Source of the DNA: Candidatus Kuenenia stuttgartensis
GTDB lineage: Bacteria > Planctomycetota > Brocadiia > Brocadiales > Brocadiaceae
Length of the DNA: 32,000 nt
Direction of reading: 5' to 3'
Assembly: GCF_900232105.1 (NCBI RefSeq)
Contig: NZ_LT934425.1
Coordinates: 300,001 to 332,000, forward strand
Each line of letters opens with the position of its first letter. Position 1 is the first letter of the stretch. Shown in pieces: positions 8,815 to 17,528 of this stretch. The position numbers were made by a program, and so were the translations under genes. The notes under the pieces were generated by a model. That model had not been told where the DNA came from. It searched no databases and saw nothing but the letters and a program-made list of their open reading frames with translations.

Positions 8815-10371
8815 TCATGCCGCCATTTCCGTAAGTGCTTTAATATCAAGGGCTGAAGCGGTCATCAGTGAACAAGAGAACTTCTGGCCTTTCTCCGTCA
8901 AAACATAGCGGTTGGCCCTCGGAACTTTGCGGATTAGACCGTGTGCCCGCAGCATCTTTATCCGTCGGGTCGTTCGTCCGGAATATTTCTTTTGCTGATC
9001 CTTGCCGGATTGTTCGGATTCCCGGTAAAGCCACTTACGCAAATCATGGTTGCGGAATCCATTTATCGCGTTTTCGCCTTTGGACAGGAACATCAGCATC
9101 TGGTAATCATCCTGCTGCCAGGGATTCAAACCTCGATACCTCTTGCCCTCTTTGACAACCTTGTTACAAGCGCTGCTCACCACTTCTTTCAGTTTCTCCT
9201 CTACCTGAGCCGCCGCCAAAGCATCCCCATAACGATCATTGCATTGTTGGCTCACCTCACACCGTCGATGAAGATCGCTTACGCCCTTACGCATCTTCTG
9301 CCATGACGCCGGTTTGCCTTCATCATCATTGGGACTCCGAAAGACCTTAAAGTCCCGCGTATTATTGATCGTTGTCTCAATACGCAAGAGACTACCGCTC
9401 TTGTTATACATCTTCACTGAATTATAATTCACACTGTGCTTGACCCGTATACCTTCATAGCGTCTTCGATAGTCGCTGATAACCTCATCAGGGGCAGCGC
9501 CTGCAAGGTTACGCCTACCCAAATACTTCATCACCGAAGAACTGTCGCAAACCCGCATCGCATGATGAACAAACGATGGAAACAACTCCTCCAATGCCTC
9601 AACCGATTTAAACATGATGTCCGTCGCCCACTCCGTCTCATCCGCAGACCAGTAATACTCCGGTTCCAACGGACGAAGAATCTGCGACAATGCCGGGCAA
9701 CTGCCTAACGCAAGCCCGTTCAGCAGCTTCGCCCAGTCAGTCTTAAGCTGCTCATGGAGCAGAACCTGCGCAGCCGCAATATCCTCTATACGCACAAAAC
9801 AGTTGCCGTCCTTAACATAATCAATACCTTGCTTCTGAAGTTGCCGCTCCAGCCAATGACGACCATTGAGACAAATGAAAATATTAAACGGCGCCCAACT
9901 CTGGATACGAACATGACCAAAACCAAACACTGGATCATTAAAATAATGATACACAAAGACACACTTGCGGGGCGCCATTACCAACTCGAGCTTCTTGCTG
10001 GCCTTGTTGCCCTTGACCATCGGCGCAATACAAGGCTCTACCACACTCAACAGGCAGATGGAACCTTCCGTAATCCTCTTATCCGCCGCGATCTGGCGAG
10101 CCAACTTCTCCTTATCAACACCGCTGCTCATCAAATACCGCACCTCGATACCCAAATCTTTCGCCCGCGATTCACAACTGTCTCGCACCTGTGCCGTAAG
10201 CCCATTGACCCAACCGGAAAAATCCTTAAGCAGAATTCTCGCTTGGTTCATGAATGTTCCCATCCCACGCTCACTGGCCAACCACCGCAATGTCCCGCGA
10301 AAACGAATCCTGTCCAGACCGCTTATTGCACCCACGATCCTGTCTCGATATAATTCCATCAACTTATTCAT
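8815..10371 (-). CDS. uncharacterised 518-aa protein; C-terminal winged-helix-like segment; central segment weakly reminiscent of replication initiators
   Basis: Intact ORF with GGAGG upstream (about 10381-10385). HSVNYNSVKMYNKSGSLLRIETTIN in the middle and GRTTRRIKMLRAHGLIRKVPRANRYVLTEKGQK at the C-terminus. Function not assignable from sequence alone. Confidence 0.8.
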   Translation of the reverse strand: MNKLMELYRDRIVGAISGLDRIRFRGTLRWLASERGMGTFMNQARILLKDFSGWVNGLTAQVRDSCESRAKDLGIEVRYLMSSGVDKEKLARQIAADKRITEGSICLLSVVEPCIAPMVKGNKASKKLELVMAPRKCVFVYHYFNDPVFGFGHVRIQSWAPFNIFICLNGRHWLERQLQKQGIDYVKDGNCFVRIEDIAAAQVLLHEQLKTDWAKLLNGLALGSCPALSQILRPLEPEYYWSADETEWATDIMFKSVEALEELFPSFVHHAMRVCDSSSVMKYLGRRNLAGAAPDEVISDYRRRYEGIRVKHSVNYNSVKMYNKSGSLLRIETTINNTRDFKVFRSPNDDEGKPASWQKMRKGVSDLHRRCEVSQQCNDRYGDALAAAQVEEKLKEVVSSACNKVVKEGKRYRGLNPWQQDDYQMLMFLSKGENAINGFRNHDLRKWLYRESEQSGKDQQKKYSGRTTRRIKMLRAHGLIRKVPRANRYVLTEKGQKFSCSLMTASALDIKALTEMAA

Positions 10372-10455
10372 AAGTAGTGTCCTCCAAATTGTCTGATTAC
10401 TATTTACGAGGATACTACTATACTTTATAATAAACTAAAAATCACCTTTTTGGTT

Positions 10456-10470
10456 GCGGCCAAAGGCCGC
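10456..10470. repeat. GC-rich hairpin GCGGCC-AAA-GGCCGC near the 5' (CDS-strand) edge of the candidate element
   Basis: Direct reading: perfect 6 bp arms with a 3 nt loop in an AT-rich context. Confidence 0.8.
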
Positions 10471-10505
10471 GCTAGGAAATCTGTGGTTTCAAAGTATTTT
10501 TTTGC

Positions 10506-12503
10506 CTATTTTTCTTCCTTAAACTCCATCGCTCCGCCATACAATGCACTTGCTCCGCCTGTAAGCTGGCTCTGGGAATCGATGAGGAAATTTGCTGATG
10601 TGACAACCCTGTCACCTTCTTCAAGCCCCTCCATCACAGGATAATAATCGCCCGCTTTTGGCCCAAGAATCACTTCCTTCCCAACGTATTGACCGTTGCC
10701 TTTATCAATATAGACAATCTTTCGTACACCCGTATCCAAAACTGCCGTGGCAGGAATGGCAAGCATTTGTGTGATTTTTTCAAGACGCATTCCGCACCTG
10801 GTGCAATTATCAGGTTTATCCGATGTTACTTCAGGATGCATGGGGCAGGTGTAAATGGTACGTTTTCTGTGTTCTGTTTTTTTCACCTTCATTCCCACAC
10901 CTTCCCTAACTTCCCATCTGCCCATTTGCCTTTTACAGTCGGGACATTCACCAGGCTTATCCGAGGTCATGCATGCCATAGGGCACATATAGACATACTT
11001 TTGTATCTTTTCACCAGTGGGCGAAGTTACCGTTATACTCTTCTGAAGCATCATACCACACATAGGACAAGACTTTGGGGAAGTATCAGGGTCCCATTCC
11101 TGCGGACAAATGCACGTCACCGTTTCATCAACAGGCATTTCCTTTTTTTCGAGATGCATACCACATACCGGGCAATCACCCGGTTTGTCAGACACATAAC
11201 AATTCATCGGGCATACATACTCATATTCAGTTTCCCCAATTCCCTCTGTTTTGCCTTCGGCAGTCATTTCAAGCCGCGCCGAGGTTTTTTTTATAAATGG
11301 GACATTATCCTCGGGGCATATACCGGGTCTGCTTGATTTAATTTCAGGATGATTGGGACATACATAATCCAGTCCGCTCACATAGGTTCTGTCTCGTTCC
11401 TCCAGTTCTTCAACAGGTATACGTATGCGGGCATTGACATACATGGCAGGTTTGAGTCTGAGCTGACGGTTAGGAATATCACACCGTATTTTCACAGAAC
11501 GCGTCTTATCGTCAAGAAACGGTTCTATAAACGATACCGTTCCGATAAATGCCTCTCCGGGATATGCAGGAGTTGTGACTTCCACCTCCTGTCCAACCTT
11601 TATCCACGCCATTTCATACTCATAAATGTTGGCCATCATCCAAACCTTGGAAAGATCGGCAAGGGTGTATATCATCTCGCCCGTCATAACATATTGCCCT
11701 TCCAGCATCTTCTTCTCTATGACAATACCGCTTATCGGGGCATAGATGATCGTATGTTGTTTTATTTTTCTGTTTCTTGCAAGTTCTTCAATCTGTCTTT
11801 CACTAATACCCCACCATAACAACCTTTTTTTGGTTGCATCTATGAGAGATATTGTGCCGTCCACCACTTCCTTAAAAGGGCTATTCTCTACTTTTTCAAA
11901 GGTTTCCAGCGCCAACAGATACTCTTTCTGTGTAGATACCAGATCAGGACTATACATCCATACCAATGACTCGCCTTTCACTACCTCTGTACCGGTGAAA
12001 TCAATAAACAGTTTGTCTATCCTGCCAGGAATCCATGCGGAAACAACCGCTTTAAGCCGTTCATCGTATTCAATCAATCCAACCGTATAAACATCTTTAG
12101 TTAACGACCGGAATCCGATAACGTCAGTTTTAACCTGTGCCAGTTTACGGGCGCGTTCACTTAATTCTACGGAGGCTAATGCACCTTCTTCCTCCATACC
12201 TGCACCTTTTTCGTATACAGGAACTAAATCCATGGCGCAAATAGGGCATTTTCCTGGTTTATCCATCCTGACGGAAGGATGCATCCCGCATGTCCAGTAG
12301 ATTATCTTCTTTTCTTTTGTTTCTTCAGCATTTGCGGAAGAAATAAAATTTATCCCATCCTGTAGAGACGCATTGCAATATGTCTCTACATAATTGGATA
12401 TTTGTATACCAGAAAGAACACTAAGTATGACAGTGACTATTATTATAAAATATCTCAAGGAAAGAAATTTTTGTTTAAACAACATAATTATCGCACCTTT
12501 CAA
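10506..12503 (-). CDS. CusB-like RND periplasmic adaptor with six HMBD-like ribbons (one N-terminal, five tandem internal)
   Basis: Membrane-fusion segments (VVSAWIPGRIDKLFIDFTGTEVVKGESL, YAPISGIVIEKKMLEGQYV, LADLSKVWMMANIYEYE) plus YWTCGMHP...CPICAMDL, YVCPNHPE...CPEDNVPF, YVCPM...CPVCGMHL, CICPQ...CPMCGMML, YMCPMA...CPDCKRQM, YTCPMHPE...CTRCGMRL. The start may be a downstream Met (MLFKQKF). Confidence 0.93.
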   Translation of the reverse strand: MKGAIIMLFKQKFLSLRYFIIIVTVILSVLSGIQISNYVETYCNASLQDGINFISSANAEETKEKKIIYWTCGMHPSVRMDKPGKCPICAMDLVPVYEKGAGMEEEGALASVELSERARKLAQVKTDVIGFRSLTKDVYTVGLIEYDERLKAVVSAWIPGRIDKLFIDFTGTEVVKGESLVWMYSPDLVSTQKEYLLALETFEKVENSPFKEVVDGTISLIDATKKRLLWWGISERQIEELARNRKIKQHTIIYAPISGIVIEKKMLEGQYVMTGEMIYTLADLSKVWMMANIYEYEMAWIKVGQEVEVTTPAYPGEAFIGTVSFIEPFLDDKTRSVKIRCDIPNRQLRLKPAMYVNARIRIPVEELEERDRTYVSGLDYVCPNHPEIKSSRPGICPEDNVPFIKKTSARLEMTAEGKTEGIGETEYEYVCPMNCYVSDKPGDCPVCGMHLEKKEMPVDETVTCICPQEWDPDTSPKSCPMCGMMLQKSITVTSPTGEKIQKYVYMCPMACMTSDKPGECPDCKRQMGRWEVREGVGMKVKKTEHRKRTIYTCPMHPEVTSDKPDNCTRCGMRLEKITQMLAIPATAVLDTGVRKIVYIDKGNGQYVGKEVILGPKAGDYYPVMEGLEEGDRVVTSANFLIDSQSQLTGGASALYGGAMEFKEEK

Positions 12504-12554
12504 AATATAGCGTAATGAAGTAATGATTTTGCCTTAAACTTTTAGAGTAAAAAC

Positions 12555-13091
12555 CTATTTTTGAAACCGCTCTTGTTTTTTTTCACAAATTGGACAGGCC
12601 AGAAAGTCTATATCGCATGTCTTGCAATGCTGAATAAGCCATTCCTGCGACTTCATCCTGCAATCCCGGCATTTCATTTTCCAGGTTGCCAATGCCTTTC
12701 CCTTCACATATCTTGAGAGTACCTTTTTGCACTTGGGGCACTTGCCTATCATTGTTTCGGCTTTTAAACCAGCGGATGCCTTTTGACACGCTGTGCATAC
12801 AAGAACGTCTTTTCCACACTTGTCACAATGATGGACTTCGAGTGCTGATACTTCACTTTTGCAGTCAGGGCAAACCATACTTTTTGCGGCAAGTGCCTTT
12901 TCTTTCTCCGGACTTACATACACTTTCTCACAAAAAGGGCACATGGGTGGCTCTGTGGTTGAATGCTCAGCCAGCGGGTCGTTTTCACTGTGTTTGTGCG
13001 CTACCTCGCCAGCATACATCAGATTACCTCCCCACAGAAGTAGATACATAATTACCGGCGCAACTGTTTTTATAAATTTCTTACAAACCAT
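12555..13091 (-). CDS. exported CxxC-rich metal-binding (zinc-ribbon-like) protein
   Basis: ORF extends to 13142; the likely start gives MVCKKFIKTVAPVIMYLLLWGGNLMYA (signal peptide). CPFC, CPDC, CDKC, CTAC, CPKC, CRDC, CKTC and CPIC follow. Confidence 0.8.
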   Translation of the reverse strand: MVCKKFIKTVAPVIMYLLLWGGNLMYAGEVAHKHSENDPLAEHSTTEPPMCPFCEKVYVSPEKEKALAAKSMVCPDCKSEVSALEVHHCDKCGKDVLVCTACQKASAGLKAETMIGKCPKCKKVLSRYVKGKALATWKMKCRDCRMKSQEWLIQHCKTCDIDFLACPICEKKQERFQK

Positions 13092-13119
13092 GGTATCACC
13101 ACTTTTCATTAAAAGATTA

Positions 13120-15876
13120 CTAATTCTTTTCCCTTTTACCATATTTAACTACCTCCATGATAATGAAGGTAAGAGAAGAAAAACCAAAGACGGTAATCCA
13201 ATCAATTAACTCCAGCGGTCTTACTCTGAAAATATCTTCGAAGAAAGGGGTATAGACGATAGCCACCTGTATGGCCAACGAAATCCCCGCTGCCAGCAGG
13301 AGTTTATTATTGGTAAAAACACCAATTTCAAATAAGGAACGTCTTGCATTCCTGCAGTTAAAAGAGTGAAATAATTGTGAGACGACCATCACACAGAAGG
13401 CAATTGTTCTGGCCAGCTCGATATCCCCACGCAACAGGTGAGGAGCCGCTTCATTACAAAACCAGTGGTAAAGATAGTCAGGTATTGCACGGGTTCCATA
13501 GTACAGGACATACGTATATGCCAGAAGGGTACTCATGGCAATGAGAAAACCCTGAAATAGAATCAGGATACCTAGACGCTTGTCTATGATTTGTTCTGTT
13601 GACCTTCTTGCCAGTCTTTTCATAATGTCAGGATCTACCGTATCGACACCCAAGGCCAATGCCGGCAGACCATCGGTGGCAATATTTATCCATAATATCT
13701 GGATAGGGAATAGGGGGATAGGAAGATTGAATATCGATGCGAGGAGCATTGTCAAAATCTCACCGGTATTACACGAGAGCAGATAGTGGATGGACTTCTT
13801 AATGTTGTCATAAATACCTCGTCCCTCTTCAATGGCTGCCTCTATGGAAGCAAAATTGTCATCCGTTATAACCATATCGGACGCCTCTTTTGTGACATCG
13901 GTTCCTGTAATACCCATGGCTACGCCGATGTTTGCTTCTTTTACAGCAGGGGCGTCATTTACGCCGTCACCGGTCATGGCCACAACGTCTCCCTGTTTCT
14001 TCCATGCCTTTACAATCCTGAGTTTGTGTTCAGCAGTTACACGTGCATATACGGCTATCTTTGACACTTCTTTTGCTAAATCGTCATCGGAAAGCGCATC
14101 TAACTCTATTCCATCAATAGCCTTTGAGGAATTGCTGCTAAGAAATCCCAGCTCTTCCCCAATAGCCCGGGCTGTATTCTTGTGATCACCCGTAATCATG
14201 ACCGTCTTTATACCGGCTGTATGACAAACGGCAACGGCTTCTTTGACCTCTGGTCTGGGTGGGTCAATCATGGCTAATAGTCCCACAAAGATCATCTCTC
14301 TTTCTACTGTGTCAGGGACAGGGTTGGTGATTTCCCGGTCAAGAGGCTTGTATGCCACACCGAGGACGCGCAGGGCAGACCCTGCCAAATTATTGTTTTC
14401 CTCCAAAATGACCTGTATATCGTTTTCTGTCAAATCCCTTGTCGTTCCATCATGATAAATCTTTGTACAATCCTGTAAGATTACATCAGGCGCACCTTTT
14501 TCACATACCTGTAAAGCAGGGGAGGTACCTCTTATTGTAGACATCTTCTTTCGTTCTGAATCAAAAGGAATTTCTGAAATGAGGGGGAATTGTTTATCCA
14601 ACATTTCCTTCCAGATACCTGTCTTTCCTGCTGCACTTAAGATGGCGCCCTCTGTAGGGTCGCCAATAACCTTCCATGTAGCGTCTTCTTTTTTAAGGTG
14701 GGTATTGTTACATAACACACCTATTTCCAGTGTCTTTTCGAGTGCTTTCTGGTCAATTCCCAGAAGAGATTCTCCGTTGACAAGAAAATTTCCATCCGGC
14801 ATGTAACCCGTCCCCGATACGTCAATGGTTTTACCATTGGCAAATATCTTTCTTACGGTCATCTCGTTTTGTGTTAAAGTGCCTGTTTTGTCTGAGCAAA
14901 TAACTGTAGCACATCCCAAAGTTTCTACTGATGGAAGCTTTCGGATCAGTACGTGCCGTTTCACCATGCGTTGCACCCCTAAGGCTAAGGCAATAGTCAC
15001 GATTGCTGGAAGACCTTCCGGAATGGCAGCCACGGCAAGGCTCACAGATATGAGGAATGCCTCTAATAATGGATCCTTTCTACACAACTCCAAAAGGAAT
15101 ACGATTGTTACGATCCCCAAACACAAATAAACCAATTTTTTCCCAAACACCTCGAGCTTTCGCTGAAGGGGGGTCTCTTCCTTCCCTGCCTCCTGAATGA
15201 GACCGGCAATCTTGCCCAACTCTGTGTGCATTCCCGTTGTTACAATAACGCACGTCCCTTTACCACTCGTTACCGAGGTCCCCATAAATACCATATTTTT
15301 CTGATCGGCAATGGGTAAAGAAGGATTGGGGAGTGGTTCAGTGGACTTACCAACCGGCGTTGACTCTCCTGTAAGAGAAGCCTCTTGGGTCATAAAACTA
15401 AAGGAAGAGCATAGTCTGCCATCAGCAGGGACGTAATCACCTGCCTCCAACAATACAATATCTCCCGGCACAATATCCCGGGAGGGGATGGATTGTATTT
15501 CGCCGTTCCGTGTTACCCTTGAAAAGGGTGCAGACATTTTTTGTAAGGCCTCAAGTGATTTCTCCGCGCGGTATTCCTGTATGAACCCAATAATCGCATT
15601 AATAATAACGATAGCAATAATGGCTAACGCATCGATCCATTCCCTCAAAACTCCGGAGACTATGGCGGCAGCAATCAATACCCAGACAATAAAGTTATTA
15701 AACTGCCCCAAAAAGAGGATGAAGGGAGATACACCTTTTTTTTCTTCCAGTTGATTGTATCCGTATTTCTTTAGCCTGTTTTCCGTTTCGTTAAGGCTAA
15801 GTCCGGCGTCAACCGAAGTATCAAGGTTCTTTATTACCTCATTGGCATGCATTGTATGCCACTGTAATTCAGTCAT
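13120..15876 (-). CDS. P-type cation ATPase, PMCA/SERCA (Ca2+-type, P2) family
   Basis: 918 aa; TGES, CSDKTGTLTQNEMTVRK, KGAPDV, MTGDGVNDAPAVKEANIGVAMG; N-terminal cation ATPase domain and C-terminal segment typical of P2-type pumps; lacks CPC or CxxC P1B motifs. Confidence 0.93.
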   Translation of the reverse strand: MTELQWHTMHANEVIKNLDTSVDAGLSLNETENRLKKYGYNQLEEKKGVSPFILFLGQFNNFIVWVLIAAAIVSGVLREWIDALAIIAIVIINAIIGFIQEYRAEKSLEALQKMSAPFSRVTRNGEIQSIPSRDIVPGDIVLLEAGDYVPADGRLCSSFSFMTQEASLTGESTPVGKSTEPLPNPSLPIADQKNMVFMGTSVTSGKGTCVIVTTGMHTELGKIAGLIQEAGKEETPLQRKLEVFGKKLVYLCLGIVTIVFLLELCRKDPLLEAFLISVSLAVAAIPEGLPAIVTIALALGVQRMVKRHVLIRKLPSVETLGCATVICSDKTGTLTQNEMTVRKIFANGKTIDVSGTGYMPDGNFLVNGESLLGIDQKALEKTLEIGVLCNNTHLKKEDATWKVIGDPTEGAILSAAGKTGIWKEMLDKQFPLISEIPFDSERKKMSTIRGTSPALQVCEKGAPDVILQDCTKIYHDGTTRDLTENDIQVILEENNNLAGSALRVLGVAYKPLDREITNPVPDTVEREMIFVGLLAMIDPPRPEVKEAVAVCHTAGIKTVMITGDHKNTARAIGEELGFLSSNSSKAIDGIELDALSDDDLAKEVSKIAVYARVTAEHKLRIVKAWKKQGDVVAMTGDGVNDAPAVKEANIGVAMGITGTDVTKEASDMVITDDNFASIEAAIEEGRGIYDNIKKSIHYLLSCNTGEILTMLLASIFNLPIPLFPIQILWINIATDGLPALALGVDTVDPDIMKRLARRSTEQIIDKRLGILILFQGFLIAMSTLLAYTYVLYYGTRAIPDYLYHWFCNEAAPHLLRGDIELARTIAFCVMVVSQLFHSFNCRNARRSLFEIGVFTNNKLLLAAGISLAIQVAIVYTPFFEDIFRVRPLELIDWITVFGFSSLTFIIMEVVKYGKREKN

Positions 15877-15900
15877 TTCGTTTTAGCCTCTCGCATTATC

Positions 15901-16812
15901 TCATGTCTTATACTGCATTTTTAATCTTTTCCTGTAATTCACACAGGGATGGCTTTCACTTGTTTCGCACAGATGCTTGTCTTCCTCGTTGTCTTTATAT
16001 AATCTTTGTATGCACACTTCGAGAGGCGACTCTGACACACTATATTTGTCAGACGGCAACAATATACACGATGCTGTATAACCTTCCGGATTAATATGGA
16101 TGAATTCACTTCCCGCCTTCCTGCTACAGTCCAAGAGACGGCCATCATTTGGAAGATGCAGTAAGTAGGTATTCGTTCTTTCTTTCAGATTTAAAAACCA
16201 TTGCCTAAATAAAGTCCGTTGTTGTGTTGATAGGGATAGCCCGTAATCATGCGATCTGCCAGTCGGTATATATTCTATAAATAATCCTAACTTGGCGCCA
16301 AAAGGGTACTTTTCCAAAAATGCCTCTTCTACTTGAATTAATTCAACATTCTCTGCTGTAACCGTGATAGAAAAACCATAGAGTATTTTATTGTTTTTCA
16401 GATTTGCAAAGGCATTCATAACATTATGATAGACACCAGCGCCCCGTCGTTTATCAGTCTCTCTTAAATCTCCTTCCAAACTAATTACCGGAATTATATG
16501 CGGTAATCCGGACAACTTTTTTGCAACAGCTTCAGAAATCATAGTCCCATTCGTTATCAGGATAAAAAAACTATTCTTATGGCCGCTTAAAATCTCCATG
16601 AGATTTGGATATAGCATAGGCTCGCCACCCGTAAGCATAAAAATGAAACTACCCAATGATTCAGCTTGTAAAAGAATATTTTCTAACATTTCTCCCGGCA
16701 AAATTTTTTTTTCCTTATAGATCCTGGCATAACAATGATCACAGGCAAGATTGCAATCAGAGAGAAGACTTATAAAAATAGTATGAGGGATGGGATTGCC
16801 ATTATTATCCAT
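15901..16812 (-). CDS. radical SAM protein with SPASM/Twitch-like C-terminal cysteines
   Basis: DCNLACDHCYARIYKEKK (CxxxCxxC), FIFMLTGGEPMLYPN, C-terminal CSRKAGSEFIHINPEGYTASC. The frame is open ~110 nt further upstream, so the N-terminus may be longer with a non-ATG start. Confidence 0.85.
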   Translation of the reverse strand: MDNNGNPIPHTIFISLLSDCNLACDHCYARIYKEKKILPGEMLENILLQAESLGSFIFMLTGGEPMLYPNLMEILSGHKNSFFILITNGTMISEAVAKKLSGLPHIIPVISLEGDLRETDKRRGAGVYHNVMNAFANLKNNKILYGFSITVTAENVELIQVEEAFLEKYPFGAKLGLFIEYIPTGRSHDYGLSLSTQQRTLFRQWFLNLKERTNTYLLHLPNDGRLLDCSRKAGSEFIHINPEGYTASCILLPSDKYSVSESPLEVCIQRLYKDNEEDKHLCETSESHPCVNYRKRLKMQYKT

Positions 16813-16987
16813 CAGTTTATATTTCTTCTTTATCTTTTTATAAAAATTCCATAATACCCCCAGGTATCCGGGAAAAGTAAATACCCATGGTAAAAAGGCC
16901 TTCCTGAAAATGCGAAGAATATATTCATTACTATTGTTACTGGAAGATAGGGGGCATTATATTATTTATTTTTATAAATATTTAAAT

Positions 16988-17347
16988 TTACTTGTTTTCT
17001 AATAATTCTTTTATCTTATTTTTCAATTCTTGAAGATCAGAGGATTTTCTTATGTACGCATCGGCTGACCAGGACAAAAAACTTACCTTATAACAACTAA
17101 ACGCCGTGTTAATAATGATTGGTATTTTCCTGTGTTTGCTTAAAATTTTCCCCATAGCTTCGAGTCCATCCATTTTTGGCATAATAATGTCCATGACTAT
17201 TATGTCCGGCAAATAATCATTTACCACTTTTATGCCTTCTACGCCGTTCCTTGCGGTGATAACATTATACCCCTCGCTTTCCAATTCCTGTTTATACAGT
17301 AATAGTTGGTTTTTATCATCTTTTACTACAAGAATGGTTTTCATCAT
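16988..17347 (-). CDS. single-domain response regulator (CheY-like receiver)
   Basis: ILVVKDDKNQLLLYKQELESEGYNVITARNGVEGIK...PDIIVMDIIMPKMDGLEAM...SADAYIRKS. Confidence 0.85.
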   Translation of the reverse strand: MMKTILVVKDDKNQLLLYKQELESEGYNVITARNGVEGIKVVNDYLPDIIVMDIIMPKMDGLEAMGKILSKHRKIPIIINTAFSCYKVSFLSWSADAYIRKSSDLQELKNKIKELLENK

Positions 17348-17414
17348 GTATCTCTTAACTAACTTATAATTATCTACTTCATCTGCACAATCTTTAATAT
17401 TAAATATCTCAAAT

Positions 17415-17528
17415 TTATAAGGCTATCGGCATCCGATGTACAAATGTGGATGCCCTTGATACCATGGGGAAAAACACAACGATTGCACCTAAAATGCTTA
17501 ACATTGATAGATGTTTTTTTGTTAACAT
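17415..17528 (-). pseudogene. orphan 37-codon N-terminal remnant paralogous to the leader of the 22916-24769 multiheme cytochrome
   Basis: Reverse-strand translation MLTKKHLSMLSILGAIVVFFPMVSRASTFVHRMPIAL* aligns with MLIRKHLSMLSVLIAIVVSFPMVSGASAFVYQMTPMAL. Nucleotide similarity is obvious (17419-17540 vs 24665-24780). Confidence 0.8.

Larger units (their letters stand above)
8776..10478 (-). mobile_element. candidate mobile element carrying the 518-aa ORF, inserted in the GxxExxY cassette repeat
   Basis: ATCTGT occurs at both junctions (8770-8775 and 10479-10484). Joining the flanks regenerates the outer copy of the imperfect inverted repeat. The segment separates CusB-like from CusA-like genes. 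No obvious terminal inverted repeats. Confidence 0.45.

Noticed and set aside
8804-8820. Hairpin GCGTG-TTTTT-CATGC as the other subterminal structure of the candidate element
   Set aside because: Only a 5 bp stem with a G-U pair, overlapping the stop codon; too weak to support.
8775-10421. 9 bp direct repeat TACTACTAT (8775-8783 and 10413-10421) as target-site duplication around the 518-aa ORF
   Set aside because: Low-complexity and only 9 bp over 1.6 kb. The ATCTGT junctions explain the interrupted flanking repeat better. It could still be an internal end motif.
10456-10470. GCGGCCAAAGGCCGC as an intrinsic terminator for the CusB-like gene
   Set aside because: No T-run follows the stem on either strand.
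13120-15876. P-type ATPase as a copper-exporting CopA partner of the efflux locus
   Set aside because: It lacks the CPC and N-terminal CxxC motifs of P1B pumps; its motifs fit the P2 (Ca2+-type) family.
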